A DNA stretch of 62,887 bases, filler included, from Globobulimina sp. (GCA_003354225.1; 45 parts of 45 records of this genome joined end to end with filler, not necessarily neighbours in it); one strand, 5' to 3'; counted from the whole stretch's first letter, positions 37,808 through 50,398 are shown. Numbers and translations are program-made. The notes: generated by a model not told the origin, from the letters alone.

Positions 37808-39106
37808 TGAAAACTGTCATAATTATCATATTTTTCTATTTTTAGACAGTTCTTATATCTGGTTTCAACACAACATAATACTGAAGGTTTTATGGTTTCA
37901 ATATGATCACGTATAAGTTCACTTTTAGAATTCATAGAACAAACATTAGCATACATAATATCAAATTTATGTTTTATTTCTTTGTCCTTTGTGCTTTTCT
38001 CTTTCTTTTTATTCATAAAGTTTCTTTGTATTGGTTCTGAAATGTGTATATTACTTACAAGTTTGTGATTATTATAAATTGCACTGACCTCATTTAGTTT
38101 CCCGGATGTAATATTCCGTATGCATAAGAACTGAATTCTATCCATCCTTGTATTGTTTCTCTGGCTATTTCATTTGCAAATACTTTTCGTCCATTATACA
38201 TTAGTTTTATACCATTTATGAATGAAAACAAAGGTCGTTCCAAGGGAATGATTTGTTGAATTCCTGTTTCGTTCATTTGTTCCTGTTCTCCGTCACGTTT
38301 CAGTCTGAATGCTTCTTCTTTTATAGCCGTGCAGAGCATAATGTATCGGACCGGTATATTGGATGTTCTTACCATTTCTTCGATTCTGTATCGATAATAT
38401 TGTTCCATTTGCATTATAAATTGTAAATGTCCGGGATCGTTTGGGTTCGTTAGGTATTCGGTGTCCGGGAGTATTGGATGAGTTAATGATACCAATATTA
38501 GTGCGTTTGGATATACGGATACCATATTGAACAATATTGATTCCAAGTCATTTAAGACATTATCACAGAATGCTTTCCAAGCATTTGGTTCATTTTTCTT
38601 TACTTTTAATTGAGTATGTATAATGTCAGCTGTATCCAGAATACCTTTTATTACGATAACATGTTCATCCGCTGTTATAAATCCAGGAAGAAATGGACCC
38701 ATTTCTCGAATTCTGTATCCTTTCATAGAGTGTCCGGATGTTTTGGTTCCTGAGAAATTTATGAATTGATGTATTATTGGTTCATTCATCGATTCGGTTA
38801 TTTGGTTTTCACATCCTATTACAGTAGAGTCTCCGAGCACTGCTACATTGAGATGTATTGGTATTTTATTTTTGCTTTGTACGTCAAATATTGGTCCTAT
38901 TTCTTCTGACGAAATGCGGGGACATAGAGTAGCTAAGGGTAGATTCATATGTGGTGGTTTTTCTTTTCGTTCTTGTATGAACATGCATTTCAATGGATGG
39001 ATACTTGGATTGTATAGTTTCGGTTTTAACGATTCAAAAATTCCGGGAGGGTATTGGTTCGATTGATTAAATTCTTTTGCATAGTGCAATGGATATTGTG
39101 GTAGTC
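37808..39106 (-). mobile_element. Non-LTR retrotransposon (CR1/L2-like): ORF1 with SGNH-esterase-like domain, then ORF2 APE endonuclease start
   Basis: ORF1 VAVLGDS, VIVIKGILD and NGIKLMYNGRKVFANEI; ORF2 IMYANVCSMNSK...PSVLCCVET. Confidence 0.8.
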
Positions 39107-39206
39107 NNNNNNNNNNNNNNNNNNNNNNNNNNNNNNNNNNNNNNNNNNNNTTAATTAATTAANNNNNNNNNNNNNNNNNNNNNNNNNNNNNNNNNNNNNN
39201 NNNNNN

Positions 39207-39841
39207 ATAAAGGAACTTTGCCACAATCAAAATTATTGCATGCATTCATAACACGTTTTCAAGATATGTATGCTACAAAATTCGTAAGAAATTTTCAAGA
39301 TAACATATGGAAGGCACAAACAAGCATTTCATTCGCCATAAAAAATTGGAAGACGGAAATTAAACAGGATATCATTAATATTGAGGCTGGTGACACATTT
39401 GTACGGGTTGAAACAGATATTCGGGCTGAAAGAACTGGAGTTTGTAGATATTGTGAATGTTTAAGTGTAGGCTATGTAGACTATGGTAATGAATTTATCT
39501 GTCCTATATGTATTGATTGGTTTTTTGAAGCAAAATATGTTGAAGAAGTAAAAACGTTTGTTGATGCTAGATCTGTTTTATTTGAACGTGAAGGGCGTTG
39601 TTGCATGTGTGGTGAAATTTCAGATTGCGTTATAAATCCAAGTAAAAAGCTTATTTGCAGGCAATGTTGGCCAGAAATGTTGAGGACAAAAATAGGAGTT
39701 AAAATAAGTGAGTCAGAAGAAATAGTTGAGACAAAAAAAAGGAAGAAAGTGGAAGTAAAAAAAAAATCAAGAATTGAGAGCAATGAAGATGTTGATATGT
39801 TAGAAACAAATGATAATAATAATGAACATGAGATGTATTAA
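39207..39841 (+). CDS. Protein with two duplicated C4 zinc-finger-like units
   Basis: TFV...ERTGVCRYC-x14-CPIC and TFV...EREGRCCMC-x14-CRQC. Confidence 0.65.
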
Positions 39842-40106
39842 AATTATAAAAAAGAAAAAATATAACAATTAATCTGACATTTGTTTTGAATGACATTTTT
39901 TTGTTTCAAATTTCACAGCAGTTTTTTGATTTATTTTCAATATTTTTCAGAAATTGCTTTTTCATGATAATTTTACTTAAAGATTTTTTAAAGCATCATT
40001 TTCTCAAATCATCATTTTCAAACAAAAAAATGTCCAGTACAAGGATAAAAATTAAAATTAATACGCAAATTCACATAAAAAAACAAACAAAAGAATATCA
40101 CTACTT

Positions 40107-40170
40107 GGTAACCGCGCCTCTTGCCTCCGGGCCTCTTTCCTCCGGGCCTCTTGCCTCCAGACCTCTTGTC
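40107..40170. repeat. 15-bp tandem repeat (GCCTCTTGCCTCCGG, about 4 copies), possible transposon terminus
   Basis: GC-rich array beginning GGTAACC in an AT-rich context. Confidence 0.75.
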
Positions 40171-40977
40171 TTTGTGTCTACATCTCAATATGCAGAGGAA
40201 TTAATTCACCCCTCCGGCCACCGCCCTTGAGAATTAGTGTAACGACTTTCTCTGGAACTACACTTGATACTGTTATAATCACATAATTCACCTATCAATA
40301 CTTTTATTTCACGGTATTTTTTCATCTTATCTCTTCATTTTCACCTAAACTACTAAACTCAGAGTACCAGAAATAAAACAAAGGACAGTAAAACAAAAAG
40401 TCCCTCTACATTATGAACAAAGCTATTCTTTCATTTGGTTTACTTATAACCACAAACACTGCAATAACCACAAACATTGCAAGTAGACAGTGTGCTGGAA
40501 CTTGGNNNNNNNNNNNNNNNNNNNNNNNNNNNNNNNNNNNNNNNNNNNNTTAATTAATTAANNNNNNNNNNNNNNNNNNNNNNNNNNNNNNNNNNNNNNN
40601 NNNNNGTTAAAATAACATGTTGTTCTTTTCAAAACTACTAAAATTATATCATTAGATACTACAAAATAATATAATAGTACAAATTATATCATTAGATAGT
40701 ACAAATTCTGATCAGGAAGAAAAGCTGTAATGTTAAATTGCATAAAAATATCTATAATAAATTGAAAAAAAAAAGTAAGTTTATGTTAATAAATCACAAA
40801 TGAAAAAAATAAATATAAAAGTAACATCAATTTAAGAAAAAAAATAATACGAAAAAAAATAAATCACTCATACGGTGTAAAAAAAAATATAAATCAAAAT
40901 CAATGATAATTTTGCGTTAAACCTCCTGTATATATCGGGATATAATTATTATAATTAAATATAATTGGACAAAAAAA

Positions 40978-41820
40978 CTAAACTGAATATGAATCCATAT
41001 CTCTTTTTCTATCTTTTTTAATTTCTTTTGACTTTGCGCCAACAACAAAACAAATCAAACCAACTAAACCATTAATTACTAAACATACTGTACAAAATAA
41101 TACAAATAATATCACCAAATAAACACCATATTCAATTCCATAGCCACCGCCACTGCCATATGCACTAAAATGTTCTTGTCGTGGTAAATATAGTAAATCC
41201 TGTTGTGATTGATATGCGTCATAATAATTTACATCCCCCCGCCGTCGTGCCATATGTGTAATTTTGTCTCCTTCTGACGATAATATCGGTGCACTCGGTT
41301 TTGGGTCACCTGCAGCTGATAGTAACGGTGCACTCGGTTTTGGGTCTGCTCTTTCTCCTCTTTCTGCGGTTTCGGGCGATAATATGGGTGCACTCGGTTC
41401 TGGCCAAATCAATACCGGTCCAGTTCTTGGTGACGACGGGTTCTCCCAATGCGCAAGCCATTTCACATAACCATATTGATTACAATACTCAACACCATGT
41501 TTATATTGTTGTACTACCTTTTTAATTTTCGTCATTCGCTCATCATCGACATCCAGCAATTCATCACCAACTGCCATCTCACCTGCTGTGAATTCCGAGA
41601 CATGGCCGCAAAATTCATATCAGGTATTTGCATCACAGCTACTTTTTCCGCGCATGTATCTCGCGTTTCGGCACGTGCAGAGTCAAGTATTTTTAAATAT
41701 GTTTCAATTTGCTCTTTCTCGGCGTCTGTTACTCGTCTTTGTCCTCTAGCACCTATTGTTGATCGACGAACTCTAATTGCTGATCCTTTCTTACCGAATA
41801 TATCTGAGATAAATATCTGT
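40978..41820 (-). CDS. Single-pass membrane protein with three PSAP(I/L)LS repeats; probable frameshift near 41600
   Basis: EPSAPILS, KPSAPLLS and KPSAPILS; C-terminal TM; upstream open frame is offset. Confidence 0.6.
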
Positions 41821-42217
41821 GCGTATTATATAATGCAGTAACTAATGGTCGTTCATATTTTTTGCCATCAACTTGTTCTGGATTTAATCTATTTTTTTGT
41901 ATATNNNNNNNNNNNNNNNNNNNNNNNNNNNNNNNNNNNNNNNNNNNNTTAATTAATTAANNNNNNNNNNNNNNNNNNNNNNNNNNNNNNNNNNNNNNNN
42001 NNNNGTAGATAAGTTGTACAGCATCCTTTTTATACAGAAATGGTTTGCTATAGCTTTGTGTTGGGTTAATTACGTTTATGTTAAGAATAGAAAACTAGCA
42101 GAATGTTAAGTTTCGAAATAATAGAAAAACTAGAAAATAAATAGAATATATAAATAAACAACGAGCGAAAGCAAATCCGACACATGCAAAACCAGATGCT
42201 CTTATTTTCTCAGTATG

Positions 42218-42580
42218 TTATTTATGTTTAACCAATGGATGGACAGCAACAAAATAAATAATGAACAAGATAACTACAATTATAACAGCCAATAGTACTT
42301 TTATTTTGAAATTTTCGAAACACAGTCTTCTCCGTACAGTGGCTGCAGATTTGGTGAACAACTGTGCTTCTTCTTGCAGACTTTCTGCTTTATCTTCTAA
42401 ATCTGCCAATTGGTCACCTCGCGCAATTGTTTTCTCGATTGCTTTTCCAACTTGTTTTTTTGAGTCATTTATACATAACTCAATCTCAGCAATGGTTGAC
42501 TCTGATGTTGATCCTAGTGCTTCTGCTTCATGTCTCTTAATATTTTCCCAGCCCCATTTTCCTTTCTTTTTGGTTGACAT
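42218..42580 (-). CDS. R-SNARE (synaptobrevin/VAMP, no longin domain)
   Basis: IEKTIARGDQLADLEDKAESLQEEAQLF plus a C-terminal TM. Confidence 0.93.
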   Translation of the reverse strand: MSTKKKGKWGWENIKRHEAEALGSTSESTIAEIELCINDSKKQVGKAIEKTIARGDQLADLEDKAESLQEEAQLFTKSAATVRRRLCFENFKIKVLLAVIIVVILFIIYFVAVHPLVKHK

Positions 42581-42754
42581 TTAATTTGCAGATAATAAAT
42601 TATGAGCAGATGATGGTATAAAGTATTCAAAATTAGAATGAAACTCTAAAAATAACTTGTTTGTTCAGCAGCTGTTGAGAAAAATTGTAAGCAGCTGTAG
42701 ACCAAATTAAAATTAACAAGTTTTTTTCCTAAAAATCTTTTTTTAGTGCAAACC

Positions 42755-43303
42755 ATGGAGCTAAAACATTTACAAGAAAGGAAATACAATGTGTTATATA
42801 ATGCAAATGCTGAATTCGAGAGGGTGCGTTTATTTATTAAGCATTTGTCATTTATCAATGAGCGTTCCAACAATGATTATAATATTACAAAATCTGTCAT
42901 TAAAGAGATTGATTCATTTAAAATGGACACTACAAACTATATTGATCAATTATTGCCATATTATGATAAATTAAGAGATACAAAAGATAAAAGTACAGAA
43001 AGTCAGGAGATATATGAATGTGTACAGCAAAATGCTAAATTATGTAAAAATATAGAAAAAGAAATGAAATATTTAAAGAATATTATTTATTATTTGAGCG
43101 ATGGGATAATGAAAAGATATCAAATACAAAAATTAAATGAATACAGACCTTTTAGACATTATTGGGATCAAAAAGAATTTGAACAAATATTTATAGCTGC
43201 AATGTGTATGAATTTACCATTTAATATTAATTATGCAATTTCGCTTTATGCAGTTGGTAAAATATTAAACTGCCACAATCCACACAAAGTTGACAAAGAA
43301 CTA
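42755..43303 (+). CDS. Hypothetical coiled-coil protein, N-terminal part
   Basis: ATG at 42755, open to the contig end. Confidence 0.6.
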
Positions 43304-43403
43304 NNNNNNNNNNNNNNNNNNNNNNNNNNNNNNNNNNNNNNNNNNNNTTAATTAATTAANNNNNNNNNNNNNNNNNNNNNNNNNNNNNNNNNNNNNNNNN
43401 NNN

Positions 43404-44702
43404 GTACTACTGCATTACGATACTATCAGCTCGAAGCTAATGGGGAGACTATCACCCCATACGCTATCACTCCATCTGAAAGTCCGATGGACATCCAAGA
43501 AACCCCCTTGGCCCCACAAACACCATCCCTTCTAGCCCCCACTCCAGTCACCATCCAACCAATGGCAGCTTTGCAACCAACTGGCATCAAAGCATTACCA
43601 CCTAATTTACGCCAAACTGCCACTCTCTATATACCTATTAATTTGGGTCACAGTATTGGCAAGTTAGACCCATCTGTCATAGCCCATATTTCTGACCCAA
43701 ACTTCCGACCCATGGACGAACCCTTCGCCGAATTCCCTGCCGCCGGACGTGTACCACGTGCTGCTGAAAATATCACGGCAGCAGCACAAATGATGGCATA
43801 CCATCCTCGGATACGTGCAGGTGAAGAGACGACCAATTACTATTTGAATACCATACCATCAGAAGTACTTGAAAAGTACCCCCTTATTCCTGGTCGCTTA
43901 ATTATGCCCATGAACTATATTCGAGTCGGTTGGCCTGAATATGACAACAACATCACCAAGGCAGTGGAAATGACTAGAGTACTCAATCTCACTTTGGAAC
44001 TAGAAGGTCGAATGCCAGGTATCAATGAAATGTCCATAGCACAACTTATATACACCTGTCAAGGTCCGAACACCCGAACCAAATGGGATTTCGTCTGTGG
44101 AGACAGAAACACAACTATGGACGTCTTGCGCAGATTAATGTTACTAGCCAGAGTAGTGCGTCGACGAAATGAACGTCACGCCTGGACCAACGATGCTAAT
44201 CAAGCATACCGAACTCGCGATATGCCGCCCCAAATAACCGATGAAGAGAAAGAACTCACCGATCGATACTGTCATCGCCATCCTAATCAATATGTCATAC
44301 AATTACCACGTTTCCAAACTGCAAGTGAGCCGAGAGTCGGCTTATTTGAAATAACTGGCCGATATCGACACCGTGACCAAACCGGTCGTTTGCGACCAAC
44401 TGAAACTCGTCGCGACGTCAACGCCCAACAGTCAGGAAAAGATCTACCTGATTACGAACAAACCCGAAAAACTAAAGTCAAAACGGATTTAGCTCTACTA
44501 GCTTGTCAAAAGATGCAAACCATTCGACAACAATACCGTACACAAATTGGTACCAAATGTAAAGTATTGCCACGTTTAGCTGTCAACGCTACCGTTCAGC
44601 CACCCTTGCCTACCATTCTACCCGATGCTATTGCGAGTCGAAATCGTAGCACACTGGCTCAACTATTATCAAACCCAGCAACAAAAAGTATCACTGCATC
44701 CA
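43404..44702 (+). CDS. Orphan P/T/R-rich protein fragment, possibly element-encoded
   Basis: Long intronless frame with A/C-skewed composition. Confidence 0.65.
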
Positions 44703-45011
44703 NNNNNNNNNNNNNNNNNNNNNNNNNNNNNNNNNNNNNNNNNNNNTTAATTAATTAANNNNNNNNNNNNNNNNNNNNNNNNNNNNNNNNNNNNNNNNNN
44801 NNAAACCACCTCCTCCTACGATATGTCTTCTATGAATGAATATTGATATAAATGGACTCGCTCCGCTTGCCAAAAGACTGAATAAAAACTGTTTTTCACT
44901 TTAATAACCCTCAAACACACCATAGAGTTTTTGCTTTTAGTTCATTTAATGAATCAACATTTAAATTTTCTAGTTTCACTAACATTTGACTGCTTCACTC
45001 TGTAAGTAAGT

Positions 45012-45743
45012 ATGACGAGAATGGACACCTCGCCAATCGTTATGTTTGAAAATAATAAATCAGTACAGCGCATTAAAGCCATTCAAGACATAGAAATTAT
45101 AAACTACGGTCGCGACATTTTAGTGGTGTTATCTGCGATTCCAACGAACATTGTCTGTGGTGTTATAATTTGAATGCAAATATATTTATAAAATTAATCA
45201 ATACACCATCTCCAAAAAGCATCACTGTGCAAAACGATATTTTATATATAACTTCCTTGCAATGTGGCATTTATTACATCGTTTTAAAAGACATTGATTT
45301 TCATAAAGCATTCCTATCCCCGTCGTTTTTCAGTCCCTTAGTCGTAGCGAAAACATTGCAGATCTTTGAAAATATCGTATTAAAAGAGATCATTTATATG
45401 CGTGTACCACGGGCGATTTGCAGCCATTATCGTTGCATAATCATAACATAAACCATATCAACAATATCAATGCGTCCATGCTATCCAATCTCAGCAAATC
45501 CGTCTCGCCACGGAGTGCTTCGTCGAGCATCAATATCAACGAAAAGATGGCGGCCAACATGTTATTTGTCATCGATATCGAATATCAATTATATATGATC
45601 CGTTTGACTGATTTAGTGTTGATATCGTTTGGCAAGATTGAGAACAGTGAGAAGTTGTTTTATTATGAAAAGTTCGCTAATTTGTATATTACGCGGCCGT
45701 CTATGAATAAAATTGGTTGTATTTCTAACATTTACCATGAAAT
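45012..45743 (+). pseudogene. Beta-propeller (NHL-like) gene remnant with two frameshifts
   Basis: Repaired reading FICDSNEHCLWCYNL...SPKSITVQNDILYITS...LFVID...LYITRPSMNKI. Confidence 0.55.
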
Positions 45744-45922
45744 TGATGCTTTTTGGAGCTGGCGTATTGATTCATTTTATAAATATATTTGCATTCAAAT
45801 TATAACACCACAGACAATGTTCGTTGGAATCGCAGATAAATACCACTGAAATGTCGCGACCGTAGTTTATAATTTCTATGCCTTGAATGGCTTTAATGCG
45901 CTGTACGGATTTATTATTTTCA
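45047..45922. repeat. Long inverted repeat: arms 45047-45224 and 45744-45922, about 95% identical
   Basis: Manual alignment shows about 7 substitutions and 1 indel in 178 bp. Confidence 0.95.
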
Positions 45923-46201
45923 TCCCGTAATATATCTAAAACAGTTCATAGCATTTATAATATCTGTCAATGTGATACATTTTATGCAATATTTACTGCA
46001 GAAAAACAACTGTGACAATTTGTCATTATATTTGATCGATAGAAATAATGTCATCGTCGCATGCAAGGACAAATAATTGATGACATTTATGTCATTTTCG
46101 TNNNNNNNNNNNNNNNNNNNNNNNNNNNNNNNNNNNNNNNNNNNNTTAATTAATTAANNNNNNNNNNNNNNNNNNNNNNNNNNNNNNNNNNNNNNNNNNN
46201 N

Positions 46202-47245
46202 ATGAAAGCGTTCAACGGCTTTTTGCAGAAATATGGCAGTGTGATGTGTGGATATACGGTGTTGGGATTGCCTGTGTTTGGCGGGCAAAGCGGCCAATAT
46301 TTGGCCAACATGCAAAACAGCAGCGACATCACAAGGGATTACATTCGCAATTCTTCGTTGCTCATCAATTTGAGCAAAGCCATCGGGCGCATTGTGACAA
46401 GTTATGAGGACATCCAACGGCTGGCCGGCTACACCAAATTGGTGAGCAATGTCAAGAAAGTTCTGCTCGATTTGGAAGGCGGCAGTTATTGCCGCCAAAT
46501 GGTGCTGAAAAAAGAAGAAATGGGCGAAAAGAAGATATATCCCAACAGCGGGCAACATGTCGCCTGTTCGGATTACATTTCGTTCGAAGGCGTCAGTGTC
46601 ATCACGCCGAATGGCGACATTTTGGTGAATGAGATTTCGTTCCGCATCGAGAATGGAGAGAATTTGATGATTGTTGGGCCGAATGGCTGTGGCAAGAGCA
46701 GCTTGTTCCGCATGTTGGGAAAGTTGTGGCCTCTCTGGAACGGCCAATTGTATTCGCCGCAGGATTCGCTGTTTTATATCCCGCAGAAACCATATCTGTG
46801 CATCGGGACATTGCGAGATCAGCTCATTTATCCCGACAACCATTCGGAGTCAATGCAGAAAGGCTTTTGCGAGCAGCATTTGCTGGGCTTGTTAGAAAAG
46901 GTCAAGTTGGGATATATTGTGGAGAGACAAGAGGACGGTTTCGATGCTGTTGCGGTGTGGGAGGATGTGCTGAGTGGAGGGGAAAAACAGCGGATTGCGA
47001 TGGCGCGCGTTTTTTATCACAAGCCCAAGTTTGCCATTTTAGATGAATGCACAAGTGCGGTTTCGGTGGATGTTGAATCTTTTATGTATGAGTATTGCAA
47101 GAAAATTGGCATCACTTTGATTACGATTTCACACCGACCGTCGTTATGGAAGCACCACGAAAAGAAATTGTTTATGGACGGACGGGGAAGTTACACCTTT
47201 GGCAAAATGGTATTGCCCGACAATTATAGCAATGAATATTGTTAG
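46202..47245 (+). CDS. Peroxisomal ABC half-transporter (ABCD/PMP70-like), C-terminal part
   Basis: RLAGYT, GPNGCGKSS, FYIPQKPY, LSGGEKQR and ILDECTSAVS. Confidence 0.96.
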   Translation: MKAFNGFLQKYGSVMCGYTVLGLPVFGGQSGQYLANMQNSSDITRDYIRNSSLLINLSKAIGRIVTSYEDIQRLAGYTKLVSNVKKVLLDLEGGSYCRQMVLKKEEMGEKKIYPNSGQHVACSDYISFEGVSVITPNGDILVNEISFRIENGENLMIVGPNGCGKSSLFRMLGKLWPLWNGQLYSPQDSLFYIPQKPYLCIGTLRDQLIYPDNHSESMQKGFCEQHLLGLLEKVKLGYIVERQEDGFDAVAVWEDVLSGGEKQRIAMARVFYHKPKFAILDECTSAVSVDVESFMYEYCKKIGITLITISHRPSLWKHHEKKLFMDGRGSYTFGKMVLPDNYSNEYC

Positions 47246-47600
47246 TTTGGCCTTTGCAAATATTTAATTTTGACTTTAATTTTCATTCTGACAACAAACA
47301 ATTGATCGAATCGACCACTGCTAACCAACTTTTTTCTAACAGTCAAGTTTTTAATTAAATTGTTAATGAAGTATTCAAGTTAATAAAAAGACAAATCGGT
47401 TGTAGTCATAAGTTGGGATTTAGATCAATTGTGGTAATGATTAACATATCGTTGGAAAGCTAAAGGAAATCGGTTCGATTTGCACGGTTGTATTTTAGTT
47501 NNNNNNNNNNNNNNNNNNNNNNNNNNNNNNNNNNNNNNNNNNNNTTAATTAATTAANNNNNNNNNNNNNNNNNNNNNNNNNNNNNNNNNNNNNNNNNNNN

Positions 47601-48899
47601 TATATTGAATGTATTTGGGATGATATAATGGCACTTTCTCGGACAAACAGTGTTAATTTTAATGTTTCTTATCCGTTATTGCTGAAATGTTGCATCTCTG
47701 CGTATAATATAAATATTGATCAATGCATTCAAGCTTTATTATGGATGAAAAACAAACATTATCGCTTAAAAATACACGAGAAATTCATCACAAAATTGAT
47801 AAATAAATGCCATGATTCAGATATTAAATCATTGCGAATAATACACCAACTAATAAATGATGCTTTCATTGACATAAATAATTCAATAATTATCAAAACG
47901 GCGCTAATCAATGCTTATTCCAAATGTAATGATATAAATACTGCATTAAATGTGTTCAGTTCTGTTGAGAAAGCAGATATAATTTGTTTTTGTGAAATGA
48001 TGAAAACATTTATAAAGCACAATGATAATAATCGTGCATTGGCATTATATTTTGATGACAATTACAAAGCATTGAATAAAGATAATGTTTGCCATTTATT
48101 GGCGATAAAAGCGTCTGTAAATATGAATGATTATAGAACCGCAACACAGATACATTCAAATATAAATATCAATGACAAAGATATTGAGATAAAGACCGCT
48201 TTGATCGAAATGTATGCAAATTCAGATAATATTACTGCTGCGCTGCAGATATTCAATTCAACCAAAAATAGAGACACTTTGATAATTACATCAATGATGA
48301 AAGCATTGATTAATCATAAAATCTATCAACAAGTACTTGAAATATATGACAATATTGCTTTCAAATCAAATTTAAACATTTACTGTTACTGTCAGGCAAT
48401 CAAAGCCTGTCAATATCTCAATAAGTTTAAAAAAGGCAAATGTATTCACACTGAAATGGCCAATAATATGCAGGGGAAATGTGATAATTCATCGCTAACA
48501 AATGTATTGATCCACTTTTATGCTCATTTTGGTGATTTTGATGAGGCATTGAAAGTGCTTAACAATTGCAACGATATGGATAACATTCATGCAATGATGA
48601 AAATTTATGTTGATAATAATTTGAATGCGGACGCATTGCATTTATATGACTCGTTTGAATGCAAAAATGCAGACTGCCATTTGCTGGCAATTATTATCTG
48701 CACAAATAATAAAGCTTTGGAAAAAGGGAAAAATATTCATTTTGAGATAGTGGAACAAAATAAAAGACAGAAAATAAAAAATATGCAAATTATAAACAAT
48801 GCTTTGATAAATATGTATGCTGAATGCAAAGATATTGAATCGGCGATGAAAATATTTGAATCAGTGATTGATCAAAATAAAGATATTGTGACTATTTCC
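47601..48899 (+). CDS. PLS-like PPR repeat protein, fragment
   Basis: Recurring IKTALINAYSKC / IKTALIEMYANS / INNALINMYAEC and GKxIH motifs. Confidence 0.9.
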
Positions 48900-49136
48900 N
48901 NNNNNNNNNNNNNNNNNNNNNNNNNNNNNNNNNNNNNNNNNNNTTAATTAATTAANNNNNNNNNNNNNNNNNNNNNNNNNNNNNNNNNNNNNNNNNNNNA
49001 TTTAGTCAAAGTCAAGTGAAAAAGTGGTGTAGGACAGTTCAACGGATTCAACGGTTTCAACCATAATGTTTCCACCCATTCAAAAAATGTTCCCAACTCA
49101 AGTTGCAATTCCTATCAAAACACACATTCAAACATG

Positions 49137-50177
49137 TTATTGGGGGTTGCTAATAACACGGGTTCCCTCCCATTTTTTACCTGACAACGATGACACTTTC
49201 CCGATGTGTTCATAATAATCATTTTCTGCAAATTGCTTTCTCAAAGACTGCAAATTTGAAATAGGTCTCATTATAGTCAAATGATTATGCAACCAATCAA
49301 CAGGTTGCTCATAATAAAAATTTCTGTAAAATTTTGATATTCTTTCTAATTCTTGGGGATTATAAATGATATTATTTCCTCCTACATTTAATGTTAATAA
49401 AAACCAAAATTCATTTTTTTGGATTGTTGAGCCTATAATATTTTCAAGATTTTCCAAAAACCCTTGTTTCTTGAGTACAAAATCATCTTCCCATTGGATG
49501 ACACCATGTTTGATCGATGCTTTTTGATGTAGTATTCTCAACATTTCACTGTAATCAAGACTTTGTTTACTTCTCCATCTGGTTCGGGATTCCGAATCAC
49601 CATATTTCCGAGGTAAATCTTGGAGATTTGGGTATTTGGATGGATTTGCTGTTTCAAACAATAATATGATATTCGATTTTGTTTCAGAATAAGGCACAAA
49701 TTTGTCTTTCACAGAAGAACACCAATTGGTATCATTAATTTCACCACAGTAAATCATTATACATACTTTGTATTGAGCAGAAATAACATCAAACAAAGAT
49801 CTAATTGTTGTATCTAAATAAAATGCATTTTCATCACGTTTCACCACAGGAATAATAAAACCAAAATCAAATCTAACATCAGGAGCATGTAATTCAATAT
49901 CGTGCATATCTAAATCGCCGTCACTATTTACATTTGAACCTTGTACATGAGACAACTGTTTATTCGCAGTTGTTGTTGTTGGTGTTGGTGTTGGTTGATA
50001 TTTATTTGTTAAATACCAATCATAAGTCCAACCTGATTCACCATGCGGAAACCTAATAACAAATAAAATTAATAAAAAGAAAAAAACAGTGATAACTGTA
50101 CACAGTGTTCTGGCCCATAATTGTGTTTTGCGATACAATAATCGAAATTTAAATGCTAATGAACCTGGCTGTTTCAT
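49137..50177 (-). CDS. GT54 / MGAT4-like N-acetylglucosaminyltransferase, complete
   Basis: Type II TM; IPVVKR, YLDTTIRSL, YGDS..RWRSKQSLDY, EDD, PVDWL and HIGKVSSL. Confidence 0.9.
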   Translation of the reverse strand: MKQPGSLAFKFRLLYRKTQLWARTLCTVITVFFFLLILFVIRFPHGESGWTYDWYLTNKYQPTPTPTTTTANKQLSHVQGSNVNSDGDLDMHDIELHAPDVRFDFGFIIPVVKRDENAFYLDTTIRSLFDVISAQYKVCIMIYCGEINDTNWCSSVKDKFVPYSETKSNIILLFETANPSKYPNLQDLPRKYGDSESRTRWRSKQSLDYSEMLRILHQKASIKHGVIQWEDDFVLKKQGFLENLENIIGSTIQKNEFWFLLTLNVGGNNIIYNPQELERISKFYRNFYYEQPVDWLHNHLTIMRPISNLQSLRKQFAENDYYEHIGKVSSLSGKKWEGTRVISNPQ

Positions 50178-50398
50178 GTTTAATTTAGTTGACAGATGTT
50201 TGTTTGTTTTAGCGAAATGTATATTTTTAGCGAAATGATTCCAATAATAGACTTACATGTATAATCAACTATGTCAATGTAGCTGAGCAATGTGCAATNN
50301 NNNNNNNNNNNNNNNNNNNNNNNNNNNNNNNNNNNNNNNNNNTTAATTAATTAANNNNNNNNNNNNNNNNNNNNNNNNNNNNNNNNNNNNNNNNNNNN

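Noticed and set aside
46154..46843. Long antisense ORFs (also 767-1279, 9835-10816, 21628-22059, 61781-62201)
   Set aside because: Shadows of real genes on the opposite strand or products of GC-rich sequence.
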